The notes under the pieces: generated by a model
Seen by the model: the letters and a program-made list of their open reading frames with translations, nothing else
Databases searched by the model: none
What the model was told of the DNA's origin: nothing
In this document: in pieces, positions 17,549 to 31,469 of the stretch
How the letters are laid out: every line of letters starts with the position of its first letter
Position numbering within the stretch: position 1 is the first letter of the stretch
Program-made: the position numbers and the translations under genes
Source: a bacterium
GTDB taxonomy: Bacteria > Patescibacteriota > Minisyncoccia > Minisyncoccales > DAOVPY01
Assembly: GCA_030596105.1 (NCBI GenBank)
Contig: JAUVKU010000001.1
Location: 1-56,474, forward strand
Direction of reading: 5' to 3'
Length of the DNA stretch: 56,474 nucleotides

Positions 17549-18407
17549 AATTAAACAAATCTGTTTAATGGATGAAGCAGAAATTTTACCAATAAATAAA
17601 GCTTGGCAAAAATATAACTGGGTAAAAAAATATTTTAAACAAAAACCAAAACAAGGTTATTTTATTTGGATAAAAAAACAATCAAAAAAAACCTTTTCTA
17701 CTTGCGTAAGTATTGCCAATAAAAACACAAAACAAAAACTTGAAAATCTTCTTGTTCTGGAAAAGGGCGTAAAAGCAAAAATTGAAGGAAATTGTAATTC
17801 TTTAAAAAAAGACCTATCTGGAATTCATCAAGCAACAGGAAAAATCGTATTAAAAGAAAATGCCACACTTAAATATAACCACACCCATTCTTGGAAAGAA
17901 AAAGATATAGTAGAAACAAATTATGACTTTTTTTTAGAAAAAAATTCCAAACTGAATTACACTTACAAATCCTTTTCTTCTCCGCAAAAACTTAGAATAA
18001 AGACCACTCTTAATATATTTGAAAATGCCACAGCGAAAGTAGTCTTGATGGCTGATTGTGAACACGGAGAAACAAACATCAAAGAAACATTATCGTTAAA
18101 AGAGAAGGGAAGTTCTGGAATAATAAAGCTGAGATTAGTTGGTAGGAATAATAGCAAAATCTCTGCTTGTTCTAAAGTTTTAGCTCAAGCTGAGGGCAAA
18201 GGTCATTTGGATTGCCAAGGAATATTGCTTGATAATAATTCAAGCATCTCCTTAACGCCAGAACTTTTATGTGAGAACAAAAAAGCTCAAATAACTCACG
18301 AAGCTTCAATAGGAAAAATTTCTCAAGAAGAATTGACTTATTTAAGAATGAGGGGATTAACCGAGAAGCAGGCAATTAACCTAATCATTTCCGGCTTCTT
18401 ACAATAA
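17508..18407 (+). CDS. Fe-S scaffold SufB/SufD-family protein (SmsB-like)
   Basis: GHLDCQG, THEASIGKI..EEL.YLRMRGL.E.QA..LIISGFL; ATG at 17508 overlaps the sufC end. Confidence 0.88.
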   Translation: MKNAENVYWQIDNRIKQICLMDEAEILPINKAWQKYNWVKKYFKQKPKQGYFIWIKKQSKKTFSTCVSIANKNTKQKLENLLVLEKGVKAKIEGNCNSLKKDLSGIHQATGKIVLKENATLKYNHTHSWKEKDIVETNYDFFLEKNSKLNYTYKSFSSPQKLRIKTTLNIFENATAKVVLMADCEHGETNIKETLSLKEKGSSGIIKLRLVGRNNSKISACSKVLAQAEGKGHLDCQGILLDNNSSISLTPELLCENKKAQITHEASIGKISQEELTYLRMRGLTEKQAINLIISGFLQ

Positions 18408-18435
18408 TAAACCTGTTACCTTATAAGCAATAATT

Positions 18436-18987
18436 ATGGAAATTTTGAAAACTGAAACAGCGTTTGATGGAAAATATCTAAAATTCAAAAAAAGATATTT
18501 TAAAACGCTAAAAGGAAAAACAGAATACTGGGAATATGTTGAGAGAAAAACTATTAGCACAACATTTGTGGCTATTTTTGCTTTAACAAAAAACAAAGAA
18601 ATAATTCTTGAAAAAAATTATCGTGTTCCGTTTGAAGATTATATAATAGAATTGCCGGCTGGACTTTGCGACAAAAAAGGGGAGAGCGAAATTAAAACAG
18701 CTGAAAGAGAATTGTTAGAAGAAACAGGATATATGTCTAAAAAAATGACATTTATTTTTAAGGGACCAGTCTTATCTGGAACTGCCAAAGAAGAAATGAG
18801 CCTTTATTTTGCCCCAGAAGCAGAATTGATTGCCAAGCCAGACACAGAAGACGCTGAAGAAATTGAAATAATCAAGGTTCCATTAAATAAATTGGTTAAT
18901 TTTATTTTAAATTCGTCACAAAATACTAAAATAGACATAAAAATTTTAAGCATTCTACCGATTTTGGCGAAAAAAAAATTAATATAA
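18436..18987 (+). CDS. Nudix hydrolase (ADP-ribose pyrophosphatase-like)
   Basis: YR.P, ELPAGL, AERELLEETGY. Confidence 0.9.
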   Translation: MEILKTETAFDGKYLKFKKRYFKTLKGKTEYWEYVERKTISTTFVAIFALTKNKEIILEKNYRVPFEDYIIELPAGLCDKKGESEIKTAERELLEETGYMSKKMTFIFKGPVLSGTAKEEMSLYFAPEAELIAKPDTEDAEEIEIIKVPLNKLVNFILNSSQNTKIDIKILSILPILAKKKLI

Positions 18988-18994
18988 AACACCG

Positions 18995-21900
18995 ATGAAA
19001 AATACAACAGCAAATCTTAATAAAGAGCAAAAAGAAGCGGTTACTTTTGATAAAGGACCGCTTTTAATTGTGGCTGGAGCTGGCACAGGAAAAACAACAG
19101 TAATTACTAGACGCATACTTGAACTTATAAAATCAAAAAAAGCTAAACCAGAAGAAATTTTAGCATTAACCTTTACAGATAAGGCCGCCGAAGAAATGGA
19201 AGAACGCGTGGATAGATTATTGCCCTACGGTTATACAGATCTTTGGATTTCAACCTTCCATTCTTTCTGTGAAAGAATTCTTAAAACGCATGGACTGGAC
19301 ATTGGGCTTGCGACAGATTTTAAACTTTTAAACCCAACAAACGAGTGGCTTTTATTCCGCCAAAATTTTGATAAATTTAATTTAGATTATTATAGACCAT
19401 TAAGCAATCCGTCAAAATTTATTCGTGTTTTAATTGAACATTTTTCTAAATGCAAAGACGAGGGAATTTATCCTGAAAAATATTTAGAATACAGCGATGA
19501 CTTGCGTTTAAATTTAGATAAAATATCAACAACAAGTAAGTTTATAAAAGAAGAAGATAAAAAAGATTTAATTCTAAAACAAGAAGAAACAAATAGAATA
19601 AAAGAGGTTGCGGAGGCATATTTTACTTTTCAAAAACTTTTATTGGAAAATAATGCTTTAAATTTTGGTGATTTGATAAGCTATTGCTTAAAATTGTTTG
19701 AAAAAAGACCAATAATCTTAGAAAAATACAGAAAACAATTTAAATATATTTTAATTGACGAATTCCAAGATACAAATTGGTGCCAATACGAATTAATAAA
19801 ATTATTAGCTCGTCCAAAAAACAATTTAACCATTTGCGCTGACGATGATCAAGCGATTTATAGATTTAGAGGAGCTTCTTTTAACAATGTCCTGCAATTT
19901 AGAAAAAATTATCCAAAAACTAAAGAAATAATTTTAACGAATAACTATCGCTCAACACAAAACATTCTTGATTTAGCTTATAAATTTATTCAATTAAATA
20001 ATCCTAATAGATTAGAATACCAAATGAACGAAGTTGCTGAAATTTCTAAACAAGCAAAAAACAAAGGAGTAAATTTAACAAATTTTAAAAAAATAAATAA
20101 AAAATTAAAAGCCGCAAATAAAGAAAATGGCATTGTTGAATGCTGTCATTACAAAACTTCAATGCAGGAGTTGAGAGGAGTAGCAACTAAAATCAAAACG
20201 CTTTTAAATCAAGACAAAGAAACAAGCTTAAATGATTTCGCTATTTTAGCCAGAACAAACAGTGTAGCAAATTTATTTGCGCGAGCAATGGAAAGAGAAA
20301 ATATCCCATATAAATTTTTAGCGGCTCAAGGACTATATTCTAAACCATTAATTTTAGATATAATTTCTTATTTCAAATTGCTCAATAATTATTATGAAAA
20401 TTCTTCTGTTTATAGAATTTTAAATTTGCCTTGTCTTAAAATTTCTTTTGAAGACATCGCTAAAATTACGCAATACGCCCATCAACACGGACAAACAGTT
20501 TATGAAACATTATGTCAAACATCTTTAATTCCCAACATTTCTCAAGAAGGCACAACTAAAATTAATTTTATTTTAAGCTTAATTAAAAAACACTCCGTTG
20601 AAGTTCAAAAAAAAAATTTGAGCGAAATTTTTGTAAAATTTTTAAAAGATTCTGGTTATTTAGATTATTTAGTAACAAAAGAAAATGAAAGCGTAATAAG
20701 AGAAAGAACAACACTTATAAATCAATTTTACGAAAAGATTAAAAAATTTGAGGAAACAGAAATTGATCCATGCTTAGCTAATTTTATGGAAGAATTAAGA
20801 ATGGAATTAGAATGCGGAGAACAAGGATCTTTAAAATTTGACCCAGAAAGCGGACCCGAAACAATAAAAATTATGACCGTTCATTCAGCAAAGGGGCTGG
20901 AATTTAAATATGTTTTTTTAGTAAGTCTTGTTGATAGGCGTTTCCCAACAATTGAAAAAAAAGACCCAATAGGAATTCCCGAAAAACTAATTAAAGAGGT
21001 GGCACCAGAAGGGGACGCACACCTACAAGAAGAAAGAAGGTTATTTTATGTAGCAATGACACGCGCCAAAAAAGGATTATTTTTCACTTTAGCTGACGAT
21101 TACGGAGGCGTTAGAAAAAAGAAACAATCTCGTTTTCTTAACGAATGCGAAATAACAAAAGAGGAAACAAAAGCAAAAGGCAAAAATACAAAACAAGCAA
21201 AATCAATTGAAACAACGCAAACAATAAACAGTAAAATTCTCGCAAAAAATCCTATTTCACGCAAACCATATAATAAAGCTACCAATTCATTTATTGGCAA
21301 TAATCTGCCTGGACACTTTTCTTATAGCCAGCTTGCGGCTTTTGACAAATGCCCCTTGCAATATAAATTTTCTCATATTTTAAAAATTCCGATAGGAGGA
21401 AAAGCGGTGTTTAGTTTTGGAAAAACAATACACAACACATTAGAAAAATTCGTTGGCTTAATAGTAAAGAAAGAAGCAATTAATCAAGGGAATTTATTCG
21501 GCTTTACAGACGAAAAAAAACAAGGCAAAGCAAAAAAAACATTAAAAGATTTTGAGGAATTGAAAGAAATCTATAAAAAAGAATGGATTGATGACTGGTA
21601 TGAAGACAAAAAACAAAAACAGGAATACCTAAAACTTGGTAAAAAAATTCTAAAAATTTTTTATAATGATTTTGTGAAAATTAAACCACAAATTCAAATA
21701 ATAAACAATGAACCGGCCATAGAACAAGCGTTTAAGCTAAAAATCGGAGGACATAATTTAATCGGAAAAATAGATAGAATAGATGATTTAAAAGATGGGA
21801 CTTGCGAAATCATTGATTATAAAACAGGAAAAGCGAAAGAAAAATTAACCCCGCAAGACAAACAACAATTAACAATTTACCAAATAGCCAGCGAAGATAT

Positions 21901-22114
21901 TTTGGGATTAAAACCTTCAAAACTTACCTACCATTATTTAGAAGGCAATAAAAAAGTTTCATTTTTAGCAACCGAAAAAGACAAAGAAAAATTAAAAGAA
22001 AAAATGTTAAAACAAATAGAAGAAATGAAAATTAGCAAATTTCATCCAAAGCCAGGATGGCAATGCCAATACTGCGACTTTAAGGGAATTTGTGAATACA
22101 AAAAAAATGTCTAA
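18995..22114 (+). CDS. UvrD/PcrA-family SF1 helicase fused to a C-terminal PD-(D/E)XK nuclease
   Basis: AGAGTGKT, DEFQD, MTVHSAKGLEF, EERRLFYVAMTRAK; GKIDRID..IIDYKTG; Cys staple CP...CQYCDFKGIC. Confidence 0.92.
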   Translation: MKNTTANLNKEQKEAVTFDKGPLLIVAGAGTGKTTVITRRILELIKSKKAKPEEILALTFTDKAAEEMEERVDRLLPYGYTDLWISTFHSFCERILKTHGLDIGLATDFKLLNPTNEWLLFRQNFDKFNLDYYRPLSNPSKFIRVLIEHFSKCKDEGIYPEKYLEYSDDLRLNLDKISTTSKFIKEEDKKDLILKQEETNRIKEVAEAYFTFQKLLLENNALNFGDLISYCLKLFEKRPIILEKYRKQFKYILIDEFQDTNWCQYELIKLLARPKNNLTICADDDQAIYRFRGASFNNVLQFRKNYPKTKEIILTNNYRSTQNILDLAYKFIQLNNPNRLEYQMNEVAEISKQAKNKGVNLTNFKKINKKLKAANKENGIVECCHYKTSMQELRGVATKIKTLLNQDKETSLNDFAILARTNSVANLFARAMERENIPYKFLAAQGLYSKPLILDIISYFKLLNNYYENSSVYRILNLPCLKISFEDIAKITQYAHQHGQTVYETLCQTSLIPNISQEGTTKINFILSLIKKHSVEVQKKNLSEIFVKFLKDSGYLDYLVTKENESVIRERTTLINQFYEKIKKFEETEIDPCLANFMEELRMELECGEQGSLKFDPESGPETIKIMTVHSAKGLEFKYVFLVSLVDRRFPTIEKKDPIGIPEKLIKEVAPEGDAHLQEERRLFYVAMTRAKKGLFFTLADDYGGVRKKKQSRFLNECEITKEETKAKGKNTKQAKSIETTQTINSKILAKNPISRKPYNKATNSFIGNNLPGHFSYSQLAAFDKCPLQYKFSHILKIPIGGKAVFSFGKTIHNTLEKFVGLIVKKEAINQGNLFGFTDEKKQGKAKKTLKDFEELKEIYKKEWIDDWYEDKKQKQEYLKLGKKILKIFYNDFVKIKPQIQIINNEPAIEQAFKLKIGGHNLIGKIDRIDDLKDGTCEIIDYKTGKAKEKLTPQDKQQLTIYQIASEDILGLKPSKLTYHYLEGNKKVSFLATEKDKEKLKEKMLKQIEEMKISKFHPKPGWQCQYCDFKGICEYKKNV

Positions 22115-22139
22115 TAATTTCTATTTTTTTCCAAAAAAA

Positions 22140-23561
22140 ATGTCAAAAAAATTTGATACAAAAAAATATGACTCAATAATTATTGGGGCAGGTCCAGCTG
22201 GGATGTTTGCGGCTTTTGAATTGATAAACACAAATCCAGAATTCAATATTTTAGTCGTTGAAAAAGGGAAAGAAGTTGAAAAAAGAAATTGTCCTATGGA
22301 AAAGACTGGAAAATGTTCTAATTGCCAACCTTGCGACATAATGTCTGGGGTGGGGGGCTCTGGAACATTCTCTGATGGCACTTTAAATTTAAGACCAGAT
22401 ATCGGCGGAAACCTTTCTGAATTTACGGAAAAAGAAAGCGATGCATGGGATTTGGTTAATTCAGTAGACAAAGTTTTTCTAAAATTTGGAGCTCCAGAAG
22501 AATGTTATGGAATGTGTGATGAAGAAAACGAACGGCTTTATTATAAAGCAGCTTCCGCAGACATTAAATTTATTAAAATAAAACAAAGACATATTGGATC
22601 AGATAAAACTCCTGAATTAATAAAACAGTTTGCTGATTATTTAAAAAACAAAGGCGTGAAATTTATGTCTGAAACAAATGTAAAAGATTTGATTATTGAA
22701 AACAATGAATGCCGAGGAATAATTTTTTCTCAAGCAAACGGAACCGAAGAAAAAATTTATTCTAAATCTATTTTAATGGCGCCAGGAAGAGCGGGTATGT
22801 CATGGATTAATGAGATAGTTAATAAGCACAATATAGACGCAAAACATGGACCAATAGATATTGGCGTCCGAGTTGAGGTGCCTGCGGTTGTAATGAATCC
22901 AATAACTAAAATTAACAGAGATCCTAAATTTCATATCTGGACAAGTTATTGCGGAGACCTTATTAGAACTTTTTGCACAAATCATCAGGGATTTGTTGTT
23001 AAGGAAAATTACGGGGATTTTATAGGAGTCAACGGACATTCCTTAAAAGATAAAAAATCTGAAAATACTAATTTTGCTTTTTTAACTAGCATAGAATTAA
23101 CGCATCCTTTGGAAGATACTAGTAAATATGGAGAGTCCATAGCAAAAATTACAAATACGCTTGGAGGCGGAAAACCAATCATTCAACGCTTAGGCGATTT
23201 AAAAAAAGGAAGAAGGTCAACTTTTGAACGCTTAAAGAGAAGTGGAATTAAGCATAGTTTAGAAGATGTCACGCCAGGTGATTTGGCCATGGCTTTACCG
23301 AGTAGAATTATAAGTAATATTATAGAAGGATTAGAAAAACTTAATAAAGTAATTCCAGGAGTTGCTACGGATTCTACCTTTCTTTATGGAGCAGAAATAA
23401 AATTTTATTCAAGAAAAATTCTTGTTAATAAAAATATGGAAACCAGTATTAAAAATCTTTTCGTGGCTGGCGACGGAGCTGGTTTAAGCAGAGATATAGT
23501 CAACGCAGCAGCAACAGGCCTATTGGCTGGCAAGGGAATTGTTAAACGCATCGCTCAATAA
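22140..23561 (+). CDS. FAD-dependent oxidoreductase (uncharacterised dehydrogenase family)
   Basis: GAGPAG, Cys cluster CP...CSNCQPC, GTFSDG, RHIGSD, GDGAG. Confidence 0.85.
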   Translation: MSKKFDTKKYDSIIIGAGPAGMFAAFELINTNPEFNILVVEKGKEVEKRNCPMEKTGKCSNCQPCDIMSGVGGSGTFSDGTLNLRPDIGGNLSEFTEKESDAWDLVNSVDKVFLKFGAPEECYGMCDEENERLYYKAASADIKFIKIKQRHIGSDKTPELIKQFADYLKNKGVKFMSETNVKDLIIENNECRGIIFSQANGTEEKIYSKSILMAPGRAGMSWINEIVNKHNIDAKHGPIDIGVRVEVPAVVMNPITKINRDPKFHIWTSYCGDLIRTFCTNHQGFVVKENYGDFIGVNGHSLKDKKSENTNFAFLTSIELTHPLEDTSKYGESIAKITNTLGGGKPIIQRLGDLKKGRRSTFERLKRSGIKHSLEDVTPGDLAMALPSRIISNIIEGLEKLNKVIPGVATDSTFLYGAEIKFYSRKILVNKNMETSIKNLFVAGDGAGLSRDIVNAAATGLLAGKGIVKRIAQ

Positions 23562-23638
23562 TCCACCACTAATTTTAAAAAATTTTTGTTCCATTTTATA
23601 TATCCCTATGCGAATAACAATGACAAATGGCAGGGGAC

Positions 23639-23666
23639 TTGACAAGAAATTTTTCATAAGTAAAAT
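23639..23666 (+). promoter_or_regulatory. Putative promoter of the stand-alone 23S-5S unit
   Basis: TTGACA-16 nt-TAAAAT about 250 nt upstream of 23S. Confidence 0.5.
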
Positions 23667-23916
23667 GAAAAGTGAGTTATGAATAAAACAAAAAATATAT
23701 TTAAGCAAAAAGACAGTTAGCTTTTTAGTGGCGTATTTTTTTCGCAACTTTAAAGTCGCTTTCTTGAGCGATTTTTTGTTTTATCATAATAGTAGCTCAT
23801 TGTTAACTGAATAATGACGACAAAATAAATTGCAAATAATAAACGAGAGTGTGAAATAATATATTCTATATATTGTTTAGCATTCTCAACTCATATAAAG
23901 TAATTATTAATTACTA

Positions 23917-27236
<3,320 letters not shown>

Positions 27237-27334
27237 TAGTAATTAATAATTATTTTTGCAATGAAAACACGAAGCAATACACCAACGTATTGCAACAAGA
27301 CTAAATCCGTAAAACAATCTAAAATTGTGGTCAC

Positions 27335-27446
27335 TATAAGGGGGCTATACTGAGAGTGCTCCACCTGTTCCCATCCCGAACACAGAAGTGAAATCTTTCA
27401 GGGCCGATGATAGTGGTTTACCGCGAAAGTAGGTAGCTCTCTTATA
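27335..27446 (+). rRNA. rrf: 5S rRNA (ends approximate)
   Basis: CACCTGTTCCCATCCCGAACACAGAAGTGAA, GCCGATGATAGT, GAAAGTAGG; closed by GTGGTCACTATAAG/CTTATAGTGACCAT. Confidence 0.96.
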
Positions 27447-27482
27447 GTGACCATAATTTAACGCAATAATTTATTTATTGAT

Positions 27483-27516
27483 AGTTTCTCCCGCAAGGAG
27501 AAACTTTTGTTTTTTT
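27483..27516 (+). terminator. rRNA unit terminator
   Basis: AGTTTCTCC-CGCAA-GGAGAAACT plus T-rich tail. Confidence 0.75.
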
Positions 27517-27560
27517 GTGCCTTGATATATAATGATATGAATAGAAATGTAAATAAAAAT

Positions 27561-28370
27561 ATGCGTAGAAATTCTTTTTCTCAGAGAAATACAGCTTTAT
27601 TCATAATCATTGCGATTGTGTTTTTTGCGTTTTTGAATTTTTTCCAAAATCAAATAAAAAATTCGTTTTATTTAATTTCTTCGCCAATCCAAAAAACTTT
27701 TTGGAACGCTGGACAAAAATTTTACACATCTTTTGAAACGATTTACGAAATAAAAAATTTGAAAATCAAGAATCAAGAATTAAAACAAGAAAATAATAGA
27801 TTGTTATCTGAGATCGCAAGTCTAAACGAGCTTGTGAAAGAAAATGAAACATTAAGAAAGGCGTTAGATATTGAGTTAGAGAAAGAATTTAAATTAATTT
27901 TAGCAGACATAACCAGTAAAGACACTTCTCAAGATTCTATTTTAATTAACAAGGGACTCAAAGATAAAATCTTGAATGGTATGGTTGTTATTACGGAAGA
28001 AAAAGTTCTTTTAGGAAAAATTAGCGAAGCTTATAAAGACTTTTCTAGGGTAGCGCTTATTTCTAATAAAGAAAGCACTTTCTCTGGCGAAATTCTTGCG
28101 ACATCATCTGAAGAAAAAATTTCGGGAATTATTCAAGGCAGAGAAAAATCGTCATTATCTTTTATTCGTATTCCACAAGATAAAAAAATTTTTGAACAAG
28201 ATATTATAATAACTTGCGCGCTTGGCGGAAATTTTCCCTCAGGACTTTTGGTTGGCAAAATTAAAACTGTCAAAAAAAGCGACACCGAACCATTTCAACA
28301 AGCTGAAATTTTACCATTTTTCAATATTAAAAAAATACAAAAAATATTTATAATAAGAAATGCTTATTAA
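27561..28370 (+). CDS. mreC: Rod shape-determining protein MreC
   Basis: TM helix, coiled coil EN..LR..L, INKG, ITCALGGNFPSGLLVGKI; start approximate. Confidence 0.92.
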   Translation: MRRNSFSQRNTALFIIIAIVFFAFLNFFQNQIKNSFYLISSPIQKTFWNAGQKFYTSFETIYEIKNLKIKNQELKQENNRLLSEIASLNELVKENETLRKALDIELEKEFKLILADITSKDTSQDSILINKGLKDKILNGMVVITEEKVLLGKISEAYKDFSRVALISNKESTFSGEILATSSEEKISGIIQGREKSSLSFIRIPQDKKIFEQDIIITCALGGNFPSGLLVGKIKTVKKSDTEPFQQAEILPFFNIKKIQKIFIIRNAY

Positions 28371-28704
28371 AAATTTTAAGAAAATTTTAATTGCGCTGTT
28401 TGTCTTTTATTTTTTATCTTTATTTCAATCTAGTTTTTTAGTTCATTTTAGTTTTGCTGGCATAACTCTAAATCTTATTTTTATAATTGTTTTATTGCTA
28501 AGTATTTTTGAAAATAAAAAAATTTCAGAACAATTATATAAAGAAAAATTTTGGTTAAAATATAGCACCTTGGGAGCAATTTTGGGTGGATTTTTCTTAG
28601 ATATTTTTTCAAGCCAATTTATTGGTTTCCATATTCTAATTTTACTTGGAACCGTTGCTGTTATTAAAATAATTCTTAAAAAATATGTGCGCATTCTAAT
28701 TTAA
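28360..28704 (+). CDS. mreD: MreD-like membrane protein (short)
   Basis: Hydrophobic, GFFLDIFS...GF motif, between mreC and pbp2. Confidence 0.7.
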   Translation: MLIKNFKKILIALFVFYFLSLFQSSFLVHFSFAGITLNLIFIIVLLLSIFENKKISEQLYKEKFWLKYSTLGAILGGFFLDIFSSQFIGFHILILLGTVAVIKIILKKYVRILI

Positions 28705-28711
28705 AAAACTT

Positions 28712-30682
28712 ATGACAAGGTTTAAAAAATTAAGAATAAAAAGGACTGAAAACGAAATAGAACCCCACGAAATTTTTTGGGATTCTTTGGCGCAAAAAAA
28801 AGAGAAAAAGTTCGGATTTTCAGAAAAAAAAATGGAGATACCTTTTTCAAAAAACACATCCATATTTCTTTATGCGATTTTTGCTATTACAATGCTCGTT
28901 TTTTTTGCTAAATCTTTTCAACTTCAAATAATAGAAAATGAACATTTGTCCATAAGGGCATCAGAAAACCGATTAAGAATGTATCAAATTAAACCCAAAA
29001 GAGGAGTTATTTATGATAGTAATTTTGAACAGCTCGTTTGGAACAAACCAAGTTTTGATTTAATTTTAGATAGAAAAAACTTCCCAAAAGACGAAGCAAA
29101 AGCTCAAAAAATTTTAAAAACAATTGCGGAAATTATAGATTCTATTTCTCTTGAAGACTTAAAAGAAAAAATAGAAAAAAACGAAACACCAATAATTTTA
29201 ATTTACGAAAACCTCAATCATTCAAATTTAGTTGCCCTTGAAGTGAAAATAAAAAATCAAAATGAATTTTCGGGAATAAAAATTGAAGAAAATACTGTTA
29301 GAGATTATGCTAATGGATCTGTTTTTGCTCATATAATAGGATATACTGGAAAAATAAATAAAAATGAACTTAAAAATCTTAAAAATTATTCATTTACTGA
29401 TTATATTGGAAAAACAGGATTAGAAAAATCATACGAAGAAATATTAAGGGGTGAGCCTGGCGAATTTCAATATGAAAAAAATGCGCAACAAGAAATAATA
29501 AAAAAATTTGTAAAAAAAGAACCAAAAACTGGAAAAAGTTTAATTCTTTGGATAGACGCAAATTTTCAAAAAATGATAGAAGGAGCACTGAAAGAACAAC
29601 TTAAAAAAATTGATGGGCAAAAGGGCGCAATTATCGCAATGAATCCAAAAAACGGAGCAATATTAGCGTTAATATCTTGGCCTAATTTTGATAATAATAA
29701 ATTCTCACAAGGAATTTCTCAAAAAGATTATGACGAAATTCAAAACAACCCAGCAAATCCTCTTTTTAACAGAATAATTGCTGGACAATACCTTACTGGA
29801 TCTACGATTAAACCTATTATCGGAATCGCCGCATTAGAAGAAAAAATCATTAGTGAAAGCACAAGCCTTTATTGTCCATTAAAACTTTGCGTTGAAAACA
29901 TATATTCACATGAAAAAGAATGTTATGGTGATTGGGCATTTCATGGATGGACGAATATAAAAAAGGGCATAGCAGAATCAGTAAATCCTTTCTTTTATAT
30001 TATTGGCGGGGGATATTGGGCGCCAAAAGACCTACTCTTAGAGAATCCAAACCTTCCTAAAAAATTTACTGGACTTGGAGTCGTAAAAATAAAAGAATAC
30101 CTTGAGCTTTTTGGTTGGGGTAAAAAAACAAACATTGATATTCCAGGAGAAAAAAATGGCTTTATTCCTGACGCTGAGTGGAAAAAGGAAATAATTGGCA
30201 ATTCTTGGACTCTCGGTAATACCTATCATCTCTCAATAGGACAAGGATATATTCAAGCAACGCCAATACAAATTGCTAATTCTTTTTCAGCTATTGCAAA
30301 CGAAGGAACTCTTTACAATCCACAACTAGTTAATAAAATCTTAGATGATGAAGGAAATACGATTACAGAAATAGAGCCAGAGATTATACGCCAAAATTTT
30401 ATTGATCCTAAAAATTTACAAATTACAAAACAAGGAATGAGAGATGCTGTAATCTATGGTTCAAGCGCTCTTTTACAAGACCTGCCAGTTAAAGTCGCCT
30501 CAAAAACTGGCACAGCTCAAACCCCCAAAAAAAATTATCACCATAATTGGGTAACAGTTTTCGCTCCTTACGACAATCCAGAAATCGTTTTAACCGTGCT
30601 TATTGAAGATGTGGAAGGTCTCCAATCAGCGTCCTTGCCACTCGCTAAAAAAATTTTAGAATACTATTTTCAAGCGAAATGA
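28712..30682 (+). CDS. mrdA: Penicillin-binding protein 2
   Basis: RGVIYD, GKTGLEK.YE..LRG, GSTIK (SxxK), SVN (SxN), KTGTAQ. Confidence 0.94.
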   Translation: MTRFKKLRIKRTENEIEPHEIFWDSLAQKKEKKFGFSEKKMEIPFSKNTSIFLYAIFAITMLVFFAKSFQLQIIENEHLSIRASENRLRMYQIKPKRGVIYDSNFEQLVWNKPSFDLILDRKNFPKDEAKAQKILKTIAEIIDSISLEDLKEKIEKNETPIILIYENLNHSNLVALEVKIKNQNEFSGIKIEENTVRDYANGSVFAHIIGYTGKINKNELKNLKNYSFTDYIGKTGLEKSYEEILRGEPGEFQYEKNAQQEIIKKFVKKEPKTGKSLILWIDANFQKMIEGALKEQLKKIDGQKGAIIAMNPKNGAILALISWPNFDNNKFSQGISQKDYDEIQNNPANPLFNRIIAGQYLTGSTIKPIIGIAALEEKIISESTSLYCPLKLCVENIYSHEKECYGDWAFHGWTNIKKGIAESVNPFFYIIGGGYWAPKDLLLENPNLPKKFTGLGVVKIKEYLELFGWGKKTNIDIPGEKNGFIPDAEWKKEIIGNSWTLGNTYHLSIGQGYIQATPIQIANSFSAIANEGTLYNPQLVNKILDDEGNTITEIEPEIIRQNFIDPKNLQITKQGMRDAVIYGSSALLQDLPVKVASKTGTAQTPKKNYHHNWVTVFAPYDNPEIVLTVLIEDVEGLQSASLPLAKKILEYYFQAK

Positions 30683-30798
30683 GCCAAATTGAATAAATTA
30701 TTTATTTTTTCAATTTGCGAATAAGCGAAGAAAATGCACTCCCTTGCGGATTCATTTTAAAACCGTTGAATAAAAAAATAAAAATACGAATACAGAGC

Positions 30799-30828
30799 TT
30801 GACCTAATATGAAATAATTTAATATAAT
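30799..30828 (+). promoter_or_regulatory. Putative greA promoter
   Basis: TTGACC-18 nt-TATAAT. Confidence 0.55.
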
Positions 30829-30858
30829 GATTTTATAACATCATTCAATAATCTCAAT

Positions 30859-31314
30859 ATGAAAAAACAATTTACAAAACAAAGTTTAGAAAAATTTAAA
30901 AAGGACTTAACGCATTTAAAAAACATTGAACGAAAAGAGATATCTGAACGCATTAAAAAAGCTGCGGCTTATGGCGACCTGTCTGAAAACGCCGAATACA
31001 CAGAAGCAAAAGAAGCCCAAGCGTTTTTAGAAGGCAAAATTATGGAGATGCAAGAATTAATAGAAAGCGCTGTTGTTGTTTCTGGAAAAGGAATGCGTGG
31101 AGTTGTTCAAATAGGATCAACTATTTTACTCCAAAGCAAATTTGGAAAAGAAAAAATTCAAATAGTCGGACTTGGAGATGTCTCTCCTTTAGAAGGAAAA
31201 ATTTCACCTGATTCACCGATGGGAAAAACATTAATAAACAAACCAATAGGCGCAATTATAAGCATTGAAATGCCAAAAGGAAAAATTAATTATAAAATCC
31301 TAAAAATTGAATAA
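30859..31314 (+). CDS. greA: Transcription elongation factor GreA
   Basis: GDLSENAEY..AKE.Q, ISPDSPMG. Confidence 0.96.
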   Translation: MKKQFTKQSLEKFKKDLTHLKNIERKEISERIKKAAAYGDLSENAEYTEAKEAQAFLEGKIMEMQELIESAVVVSGKGMRGVVQIGSTILLQSKFGKEKIQIVGLGDVSPLEGKISPDSPMGKTLINKPIGAIISIEMPKGKINYKILKIE

Positions 31315-31367
31315 TAGACCCGTTGCCTAATAAACAACAGGTCTAATCTTATTCAACTAGCTACACC

Positions 31368-31410
31368 AATTGAACCCCGCGCCATAATCTGGCACGGGGT
31401 TCAATTTTTT
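31368..31410 (+). terminator. Terminator after greA
   Basis: AATTGAACCCCGCGCCA...TGGCACGGGGTTCAATTTTTT. Confidence 0.75.
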
Positions 31411-31437
31411 GACCTTTTGGGGCAAATGAGATAAAAT
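31409..31437 (+). promoter_or_regulatory. Putative lysS promoter
   Basis: TTGACC-17 nt-TAAAAT. Confidence 0.55.
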
Positions 31438-31469
31438 AAGATAAAATACAATATATAAAAACATAATGT

